Below the pieces are notes generated by a model, which saw nothing but the letters and a program-made list of their open reading frames with translations, was not told the origin of the DNA and ran no database searches. From IMG/VR virus record IMGVR_UViG_648276662_000013: a stretch of 6,185 nt of DNA, one strand, 5' to 3'. Every line of letters starts with the position of its first letter. Positions within the stretch are counted from its first letter, which is position 1. Below are positions 1 to 5,207 of this stretch, one piece after another. The DNA is from a virus (taxonomy: Duplodnaviria > Heunggongvirae > Uroviricota > Caudoviricetes). A program made the translations under genes and the position numbers.

Positions 1-1194
1 GAGCAGATGCGTAATCTTATTACAGCATTCCCAGAAGAGTTTGAGGAAGTCCGTAAAGGGATGAGTTATGTCGATGATGCTCAAAGGGATGATTATGGCA
101 ATCTGGCGCTCAAAGCACAGGTAGCCTCATCGCTTGGTCAGGGCGCATTTGGCAGGTTCATGATGGATAATGAGCAGGAGATGCGTCGTTTAGGTATCCC
201 TCCAGAAACTATTGCGGAAATGCAGGTTAATGACCCGCAGGGCTTCCAGCATTTCGCAGGTAATCTGGCGCTGTTTTCTCTCGGTCATGAGAAGTATTTC
301 GATATCAAAGATCAAATGGAAGGTCGGGATATTGAGCGTGGCAAGTTGGCAGAGACAATCCGCAGCAATCAGGCTGGCGAAGCACTTCAGGCGAGAGGGC
401 AGGATATTAGCCGAGCAAATGCGTTAACGTCAGCATATGCACCAACAGCAGCAATGCAGAATTACAATCAGTACGCGCAAATGTTAAAGGCGGATCCAGA
501 GGGGGCGGCGGCATTTGCGGCAGCGGCTGGAATTAATACAAACGCCAAAAAATTAATGAGTGTTAGAGAAAACGATGATGGCACTGTCACAAAATACTAC
601 ACAGACGGAAGTGAAGAGCAGGGAAAACTAAACCAGCCAATATCTGGAGATGGGTTTCGTCCAATAGCTTTGCCAACAGCCCAAAAGATCATGGAAAAGT
701 CGCCAGAAGGGGCTAAAAAAGCTGCTGGATTTGCATACAGGGTTAGGGATGCTCTTGATTCAATAGATACACTGAAAGACCAGCTTAGCCCACAGCGAGT
801 GGCGATCATTAATAATGCTTTGGGTAATGGGACGCTGGCTAACTTAACGCTCAGCCCAGCAGAGCAGCAATACGTTGTTAATGCTAATGACGCAATAATG
901 GCAATACTCCGTCAGGAAACAGGGGCATCTATCCTACCAGCTGAAATGTCCAAATATTATCAAATGTATTTCCCTCAGCCTGGTGATTCCACAAAAACCA
1001 TTGATACCAAGCGCCGGAAGATGGAAAACCAGTTCAATTCGCTGAAAGCTGCTTCTGGTCGAACTTATGATGCTTTGCGGGTTATTTCAGCAGTTGACAG
1101 AGGAACTGCTTCTTCGTCGCAGACATTGCCGCAATCTGAGCAGGTATCACAGCCAGCAGCCAGCAGTAACTTTTCTTCACTATGGGGTGATTAA
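1..1194 (+). CDS. 5'-partial hypothetical protein (at least 397 aa in window), hydrophilic with no TM segment and a Ser/Gln-rich C-terminal tail; candidate phage virion/internal (DNA-ejection-type) protein, product is inference only
   Basis: Open frame runs from base 1 with no in-frame stop before the first ATG at 7, so the gene probably starts upstream of the window. Stop TAA 1192-1194 overlaps the next ATG 1194-1196 (TAATG), indicating an operon with translational coupling. ORFs 212..427(+) and 597..809(-) inside it are short shadow ORFs. Confidence 0.8.
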   Translation, partial: EQMRNLITAFPEEFEEVRKGMSYVDDAQRDDYGNLALKAQVASSLGQGAFGRFMMDNEQEMRRLGIPPETIAEMQVNDPQGFQHFAGNLALFSLGHEKYFDIKDQMEGRDIERGKLAETIRSNQAGEALQARGQDISRANALTSAYAPTAAMQNYNQYAQMLKADPEGAAAFAAAAGINTNAKKLMSVRENDDGTVTKYYTDGSEEQGKLNQPISGDGFRPIALPTAQKIMEKSPEGAKKAAGFAYRVRDALDSIDTLKDQLSPQRVAIINNALGNGTLANLTLSPAEQQYVVNANDAIMAILRQETGASILPAEMSKYYQMYFPQPGDSTKTIDTKRRKMENQFNSLKAASGRTYDALRVISAVDRGTASSSQTLPQSEQVSQPAASSNFSSLWGD

Positions 1195-3299
1195 TGGCTA
1201 AAGCATGGAAAGATGTTATCGCCTCTCCACAGTATCAGGCGTTAGCACCAGAACAAAAAGCGCAGGCTCAGGAGCAATACTTCAATGAAGTCGTGGCCCC
1301 GCAAGCCGGAGAAAGTGTAGAGCAGGCTAAGCAGGCTTTTTATGCTGCCTATCCACTACCATCAACGAATGAAATAGACCGATCCCAATCAGCAACTCAA
1401 AATATTCAACATACATCATCTGATAATTCTCTTGCGTCAGGGTATGCAAAGTTAGCTACTCAGCAAAGAGAGGGGCTTGAGCGTTCAGCAGAACAGGGAG
1501 CCAGTCTTGGGGCTGCGATGCGCGATGCTATAACAGGCGAAAGCCGAATGACTCCAGAGATGGAGAGACTGCAAAATGTCGCCTCTGCCCCAGAATTGAA
1601 CTCACTAAGCATGGATGCCCTAAAGGCTGGATGGTCTCAACTTTTCGGCTCTGACGCGTCTCAGGAAAAGATTCTTCAGGGAATGGGGGCGACATTAAGG
1701 CAGGATGAGAAGGGGAATACTATCGTTTCTCTGCCATCAGGTGATTATGCCCTGAACAAGCCGGGTTTATCACCGCAAGACCTGACCTCGTTTCTTGCTA
1801 ATGCGTTGGCGTTTACACCAGCGGGCAGGGCTGGAACGGTGCTTGGTGCCATAGGAAAATCAGCAGCTACAGATTTAGCACTACAGGGAGCCACCAGCCT
1901 TGCTGGTGGAGAAGATATTGATCCGTTACAAACGGTAATTTCTGCTGGCATTGGTGGTATTGGTAAGGGGCTGGAAAATACAGCGAGTGCGGTTTCGAGG
2001 GCTGTTCGTGGTGATATGTCGCCTGAAGCAAAGGCTGCTGTCGACTTTGCATCGGAAAGAAATCTGCCGTTAATGACCAGTGACATGCTGAAAGATAAAA
2101 CCTTTATGCAGAGTCAGGCTCAGACATTAGGCGAAAGAGTTCCTTTTTTTGGAACCGGTAAGAATCGGCTGAATCAACAACAAGCACGAGAAAATTTAGT
2201 CAGAACATTTAGCGATGGTCTGGGTGGCATTTCTGATAAACAGCTTTATGAATCTGCGACTAAAGGGCAACAAAAATTCATTGAGGCAGCAGGAAAGCGA
2301 TATAACCGCATAATTGACGCTATGGGGGATACCCCTGTCGATCTCTCAAACACGGTAAAAGCTATCGACAATCAGATTGCCGTGTTAAGCCGCCCGGGCA
2401 AATCTCAGGATAGAGCCGCGGTAAAAGTCTTGCAGCAATTTAAAGACGATATCACCAGCGGACCAAATGACCTGCGTCTGGCGAGGGAAAACAGAACCGA
2501 TCTTCGAAAGCGATTTATGGCGTCATCTGACACTGTTGATAAAGATACGCTCCAGAAAGCCAGCGATATTATCTACAAGGCATATACGGCGGATATGAAA
2601 AAAGCCGTAGCCAAAAATCTTGGAGCAGACGAAGCCATTAATATGGCAAGGGTTGATCGCTCATGGTCTAAATTCAATGACATGATGGGAAGAACGCGCG
2701 TTCAAAAGGCAATAGCCAGCGGCAAGGCCACGCCTGAGGATGTAACAAAACTCGTTTTTAGCCAAAGCCCATCAGAACGTTCTCAGCTTTACAGGCTTCT
2801 GGATGACAATGGTAGGCAAAACGCACGAGCAGCCATAGTTCAGAATGCTGTAGATAAGGCGACTGATCCGTCTGGAAATATCAGTGTTGAGAAGTTTATT
2901 AATGCGTTACACCGGAACAGGAAGCAATCAGCAACTTTCTTTAAAGGCGTACATGGAAAGGAACTGGACGGCGTTATTAAATACCTCAACGATACAAGAC
3001 ACGCGGCAAAAGCGAACGTTCAAAACTTAAATGGTCAGCAGCTTTATGGATTGTTAGTTGGTGGTGGCATCATAAACGCAGCAGTATTAGCGGGGATGCT
3101 AAAAACGGCTGCGTTTGTTGTTCCTGCTGCTGGTGCCGTAGGCGGAGCAGCGAAGGCATACGAAAGCCCTGTTATACGAAATGCCTTGTTACGTCTGGCA
3201 AATACGCCAAAAGGTAGCACAGCATATGACAGAGCGATCAGTACGGTCACACAATCGCTCACCAGAGTCGCACAGGCATCACAAAAAGAATCTCAATAA
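1194..3299 (+). CDS. 701-aa hypothetical protein: Ala/Gln-rich N-terminus, Gly/Ala-rich middle, C-terminal ~37-residue hydrophobic helical hairpin; candidate membrane-inserting virion/ejection-type protein (function not established)
   Basis: 2.1 kb ORF whose ATG overlaps the upstream stop, with a G-rich SD-like GGGGTG at 1184-1189. Hairpin LYGLLVGGGIINAAVLAGML-KT-AAFVVPAAGAVGGAA is residues 617-653, about nt 3042-3152. Stop TAA 3297-3299 is followed by a hairpin + T-run. Antisense ORFs 1745..2086, 1867..2052 and 3044..3262 are shadows. Confidence 0.85.
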   Translation: MAKAWKDVIASPQYQALAPEQKAQAQEQYFNEVVAPQAGESVEQAKQAFYAAYPLPSTNEIDRSQSATQNIQHTSSDNSLASGYAKLATQQREGLERSAEQGASLGAAMRDAITGESRMTPEMERLQNVASAPELNSLSMDALKAGWSQLFGSDASQEKILQGMGATLRQDEKGNTIVSLPSGDYALNKPGLSPQDLTSFLANALAFTPAGRAGTVLGAIGKSAATDLALQGATSLAGGEDIDPLQTVISAGIGGIGKGLENTASAVSRAVRGDMSPEAKAAVDFASERNLPLMTSDMLKDKTFMQSQAQTLGERVPFFGTGKNRLNQQQARENLVRTFSDGLGGISDKQLYESATKGQQKFIEAAGKRYNRIIDAMGDTPVDLSNTVKAIDNQIAVLSRPGKSQDRAAVKVLQQFKDDITSGPNDLRLARENRTDLRKRFMASSDTVDKDTLQKASDIIYKAYTADMKKAVAKNLGADEAINMARVDRSWSKFNDMMGRTRVQKAIASGKATPEDVTKLVFSQSPSERSQLYRLLDDNGRQNARAAIVQNAVDKATDPSGNISVEKFINALHRNRKQSATFFKGVHGKELDGVIKYLNDTRHAAKANVQNLNGQQLYGLLVGGGIINAAVLAGMLKTAAFVVPAAGAVGGAAKAYESPVIRNALLRLANTPKGSTAYDRAISTVTQSLTRVAQASQKESQ

Positions 3300-3303
3300 C
3301 TGG

Positions 3304-3326
3304 TTAGCCATGGATGGCTAATTTTT
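3304..3326 (+). terminator. Candidate intrinsic terminator of the + strand two-gene operon
   Basis: Perfect inverted repeat TTAGCCAT-GG-ATGGCTAA (3304-3321) followed by TTTTT (3322-3326), starting 5 nt after the stop of the 701-aa gene. Stem is only moderately GC-rich; it overlaps the stop of the convergent minus-strand gene. Confidence 0.5.
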
Positions 3327-3668
3327 GTTCTTTGCTCTCATCCATAGGTAAAGAAGGGAAAGAACAAGACAAAAAACAGAGAATAGATAACCTACCTCAT
3401 ATGGTGCGCCAAAAAAATTAGCTATTGATACGGGCAAAAAAGCTGAAGCGATCAAAATTGAAAGGCAAAAAATAAGCCCAGTAATATAGTTTATTAAATT
3501 CTTAAATGAGAAACGTTTTGCTTGATTTACGGTCTTAACGAACGATCGCTTAACGACGGATAAAAGCAAATAGATGGCGACAGTTGCTAATGCCCCTTTC
3601 CACCAGTCTGGATATAGTTTTGCGACAATCAGACCAAGTAAAACCATGATGACAGCCTGAGCATTCAC
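3318..3668 (-). CDS. Small polytopic membrane protein (about 116 aa from the GTG start, 4 predicted TM helices); candidate superinfection-exclusion/immunity-type accessory protein
   Basis: ORF track gives 3318..3737 (139 aa) from an ATG with no SD. An in-frame GTG at 3666-3668 is preceded by GGGAGG (complement of 3675-3680) with a 6-nt spacer, so it is the more likely start. Four hydrophobic stretches: AQAVIMVLLGLIVAKLY, ALATVAIYLLLSVV, LINYITGLIFCLSILIASAFLPV, VGYLFSVFCLVLSLLYLWM. The 3' two-thirds (about 3320-3560) is visibly AT-rich versus flanks (not computed). A 420-nt stop-free frame in AT-rich DNA is unlikely by chance. Confidence 0.6.
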   Translation of the reverse strand: MNAQAVIMVLLGLIVAKLYPDWWKGALATVAIYLLLSVVKRSFVKTVNQAKRFSFKNLINYITGLIFCLSILIASAFLPVSIANFFGAPYEVGYLFSVFCLVLSLLYLWMRAKNKN

Positions 3669-3783
3669 ACCAACCCTCCCTTTAGCTTTGTTTAGAATGG
3701 CAATCATCATATATCCAAGACATGGCATTTGGTACATAGCTTGGGTCGGGATTTCAAATCCGCTCCCAGTTGATGGGGCCGTT

Positions 3784-3794
3784 ACAGTACGCGC
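3784..3794. repeat. Degenerate copy (core only) of the (CG)n-core motif: ACAGTACGCGC
   Basis: Matches the core of the 3854-3877 motif, same orientation. Confidence 0.35.
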
Positions 3795-3853
3795 ATATCC
3801 GCTTTATGTGAAACAGGAAGATTTTTCTGATATCACTGCCACAGCAAAACACC

Positions 3854-3877
3854 AATTTCGTGACCAGTACGCGCGCG
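3854..3877. repeat. Copy of a ~24-bp motif AATTTCGTGACCAGTACGCGCGCG (alternating purine-pyrimidine CG core)
   Basis: Near-identical to copies at 4141-4163 and 5772-5796. Lies in non-coding DNA. Confidence 0.7.
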
Positions 3878-3885
3878 AGGGGTAT

Positions 3886-3909
3886 CAGTTGCAAAATTTT
3901 TTGCAACTG
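3886..3909. promoter_or_regulatory. Perfect 24-bp palindrome CAGTTGCAAAA-TT-TTTTGCAACTG; candidate dimeric-protein operator or cruciform/hairpin
   Basis: 11-bp arms are exact reverse complements with a 2-bp centre. Sits exactly between motif copies at 3854-3877 and 3915-3930. No U-tract after the stem, so not a canonical terminator. Confidence 0.5.
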
Positions 3910-3914
3910 CGTCC

Positions 3915-3930
3915 GACCAGTACGCACACG
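3915..3930. repeat. Partial copy of the (CG)n-core motif: GACCAGTACGCACACG
   Basis: Core GACCAGTACGC identical to the 3863-3873 part of the full copy; about 52 bp downstream of it, same orientation. Confidence 0.5.
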
Positions 3931-4140
3931 ATGGCGGGGAGCACCATAAAACTGTTCTCTACATAAGACAGAGTGGTGGTGATGTGTTGATTATCGGCGT
4001 ATATGCGCACAGGACGCGCTATGACGATGTTTTATGCGGGTACACTAATCACATGTATCTGGTGTGATAAATCGCGTTACATGACCTCTCATGTTGTGCT
4101 GGTGGTTATCACGACTTTCTGAATCTGGCCTTTGCCTGAT

Positions 4141-4163
4141 ATTTTGCGACAAGTACGCGCGCG
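4141..4163. repeat. Copy of the ~24-bp motif: ATTTTGCGACAAGTACGCGCGCG
   Basis: AAGTACGCGCGCG core plus TTT-GCGAC 5' part, same orientation as other copies. Lies about 30 bp beyond the 3' end of the minus-strand 73-aa gene. Confidence 0.7.
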
Positions 4164-4191
4164 TAGCATCGACAGCATACACATTGGATAT

Positions 4192-4413
4192 TCATTTTGT
4201 GACCAATGCGATAAGTAGCGGGATAAGAATTGATAAAATCAACAGGACGATGATCCACTTTTGATTTTCACTGGCCTTATCTCTATTTTCATCAATCTTA
4301 TCAATAATTCGACGCTCCAAGCCGTGCATATCACCGCGAATGGCAATCATCTCATTGCGAACATCCGAGAAGTGGTTGGCTTGATGTTCAATGTGTGGCG
4401 TTCTGCCTTTCAT
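4192..4413 (-). CDS. 73-aa tail-anchored membrane protein (charged N-terminal ~50 residues, single C-terminal TM WIIVLLILSILIPLLIALV); XhlA-like by recall, or possibly a small holin/toxin-like membrane effector
   Basis: Strong SD GGTGAGGA (complement of about 4422-4429) 6-7 nt upstream of ATG (complement of 4411-4413). Lies 79 bp downstream of, and co-oriented with, the RHH gene. Coiled-coil N-terminus, conserved Trp before a single C-terminal TM resembles the XhlA family (Pfam PF10779) from memory; not verified. Confidence 0.7.
   Translation of the reverse strand: MKGRTPHIEHQANHFSDVRNEMIAIRGDMHGLERRIIDKIDENRDKASENQKWIIVLLILSILIPLLIALVTK
4194..4210. repeat. Degenerate copy of the motif 5' half: ATTTTGTGACCAATGCG
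   Basis: TTTTGTGACCA matches the 5' half of the full motif. About 53 bp downstream of the 4141 copy, mirroring the ~52-bp spacing of the 3854/3915 pair. Overlaps the stop codon of the 73-aa gene. Confidence 0.35.
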
Positions 4414-4492
4414 GCCTGATCCTCACCTATCGTCACCACCTGCTGGTGTATAAAGGTATTGGCCCAAGCAGCTTTCCAATGGGCACTCATGT

Positions 4493-4948
4493 TTATACGC
4501 TGACCTTACAATCAATCACCGCTTTTAACTTTTCAGCATTGCTTCCCTGACGCTTCCACGCGCTGTAAATATCTTTATCCCACGCTTTACCAGCTTTTGT
4601 TTGATAGCCTGCTTCATTGATCCGTTCAGCTATCACACGCCCATTATCAAATCCCTGTTGGATGGTATCGGCAATGATCTTTATAACTGCCGTTTCGTTA
4701 TATGGCTTTGGTGGGATGTTCGGCTTTCCGGCAATAAGCGACGCAGCGGCTTTTTCCATGCGCTCCACCAGCCCAAGCATTCGTGAATCAATAGACTTTT
4801 CCGGCTGTCCCAGCTTCATGCGAATCGCATCAACAAGCCAGGAGGTTTTATCCCCTCCAGAAGCGAGAACAGACCGATTAAACTCATCCTGCAATTCAGA
4901 TGGGATGCGGAACGCGACCAGATTAGATTTGCTCATTGCAAAGACCAT
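4493..4948 (-). CDS. Ribbon-helix-helix (CopG/Arc/MetJ-type) DNA-binding protein with an uncharacterised ~100-aa C-terminal domain; candidate repressor/regulator of the divergent control region
   Basis: N-terminal NLVAFRIPSELQDEFNRSVLASGGDKTSWLVDAIRMKL fits the RHH pattern (beta-strand with alternating hydrophobics, helix A, G-x-T/S turn, helix B). Neither ATG (complement of 4946-4948 or 4934-4936) has a clear SD, so the start is uncertain and could be leaderless. Opposite-strand ORFs 4601..4786 and 4617..5021 are Ser/Cys-rich shadows. Confidence 0.75.
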   Translation of the reverse strand: MVFAMSKSNLVAFRIPSELQDEFNRSVLASGGDKTSWLVDAIRMKLGQPEKSIDSRMLGLVERMEKAAASLIAGKPNIPPKPYNETAVIKIIADTIQQGFDNGRVIAERINEAGYQTKAGKAWDKDIYSAWKRQGSNAEKLKAVIDCKVSV

Positions 4949-4963
4949 ATCAGTGAGTAATAT

Positions 4964-4998
4964 CCATACAGTATACCACTGTATAACACTGTTATACG
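4964..4998. promoter_or_regulatory. Operator-like decamer repeats/palindrome in the divergent promoter region
   Basis: ATACAGT-ATACC-ACTGTAT inverted repeat (4966-4984) plus tandem related decamers CACTGTATAA / CACTGTTATAC (4977-4997), immediately upstream (minus strand) of the RHH gene start. Confidence 0.5.
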
Positions 4999-5050
4999 CT
5001 CAAATATCAGCCAGAAAATAACGGGCCAATCACAAATCTATCGCTGTGTT

Positions 5051-5101
5051 GTTGGTTCAGAGCTGGGCTGTGTTGGTTCAAAATGAGTTGATGTTGGTTC
5101 A
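5051..5101. repeat. Three direct copies of 9-mer GTTGGTTCA at exact 21-bp phasing (iteron-like)
   Basis: Copies at 5051-5059, 5072-5080 and 5093-5101, each preceded by TGTT/GTGTT. The 21-bp spacing is two helical turns. Confidence 0.75.
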
Positions 5102-5144
5102 ATATTTTAGAAAAAACACAATAAAAACAACGCTCTTTACAAAT

Positions 5145-5171
5145 TGAACCAACTGAACCAACTGAACCAAC
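5145..5171. repeat. Three head-to-tail tandem copies of TGAACCAAC, the reverse complement of the 5051-5101 iteron
   Basis: TGAACCAAC x3 at 5145-5153, 5154-5162 and 5163-5171. Separated from the direct copies by a 43-bp AT-rich spacer (5102-5144). Overlaps the -35 region of the rightward gene. Confidence 0.75.
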
Positions 5172-5188
5172 ACCTTTTTGCTTATCTA

Positions 5189-5202
5189 TATAATCTGAGA
5201 GG
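5189..5202 (+). promoter_or_regulatory. Candidate -10 hexamer (TATAAT 5189-5194) and SD (GAGAGG 5197-5202) for the rightward gene
   Basis: Consensus TATAAT, but no good -35 at 17-bp spacing (that position is iteron sequence), suggesting factor dependence. SD is 5 nt before ATG 5208. Assignment is tentative because -10 and SD are almost contiguous. Confidence 0.4.
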
Positions 5203-5207
5203 CAGAA

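Noticed and set aside
3042-3152. Calling the 701-aa protein a colicin-type pore-forming bacteriocin
   Set aside because: Only the C-terminal hydrophobic hairpin and the convergent membrane-protein gene fit. The N-terminus lacks a glycine-rich translocation domain, the gene is translationally coupled to an upstream structural-looking gene, and no lysis gene or SOS box is present. Retained only as an alternative hypothesis.
212-3262. Short ORFs inside the two long + strand genes (212..427 +, 597..809 -, 1745..2086 -, 1867..2052 -, 3044..3262 -)
   Set aside because: All lie entirely within much longer ORFs in other frames or on the opposite strand. They are typical shadow ORFs, including the Gly/Ala-mirror 3044..3262.
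3745-3770. tRNA 3'-fragment-like sequence (GGGATTTCAAATCC) as a possible att core
   Set aside because: TTCAAAT resembles a T-loop, but the flanks do not form a 5-bp T-stem and no acceptor-stem/CCA follows. It is a simple GGATTT-C-AAATCC palindrome, not a tRNA remnant I can support.
3688-3966. 92-aa + strand ORF from the six-frame track
   Set aside because: It overlaps the start region of the minus-strand membrane gene and has no SD. The repeated motif and the 24-bp palindrome fall in different frames within it, so its openness is incidental to regulatory DNA.
3784-4210. Possible CRISPR array, given repeated ~24-bp units separated by 30-60 bp
   Set aside because: Copies are degenerate or partial, spacing is irregular (about 81, 52, 230, 53 bp), there are only a few units, and no cas gene or leader-like context is present.
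4410-4490. 26-codon minus-strand micro-ORF (MSAHWKAAWANTFIHQQVVTIGEDQA) between the RHH gene and the 73-aa gene, ending in an ATGA overlap
   Set aside because: It has no SD of its own and contains the SD of the 73-aa gene. More likely an intergenic leader than a coding sequence, though a coupling peptide cannot be excluded.
4964-4998. LexA (SOS) box in the divergent promoter
   Set aside because: CTGT and ACAG elements occur, but not in the CTGT-N8-ACAG arrangement of a canonical LexA box.
4617-5021. 134-aa + strand ORF (and nested 4601..4786) opposite the RHH gene
   Set aside because: Ser/Cys-rich low-complexity translation with no domain-like pattern. The opposite strand encodes a clean RHH motif, so these are shadow ORFs. 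The 3' end also runs through the operator region.
5136-5194. Confident sigma70 promoter assignment for the PerC-like gene
   Set aside because: A perfect TATAAT exists at 5189-5194, but no acceptable -35 lies at 16-18 bp spacing and the -10 nearly abuts the SD. Kept only as a low-confidence candidate.
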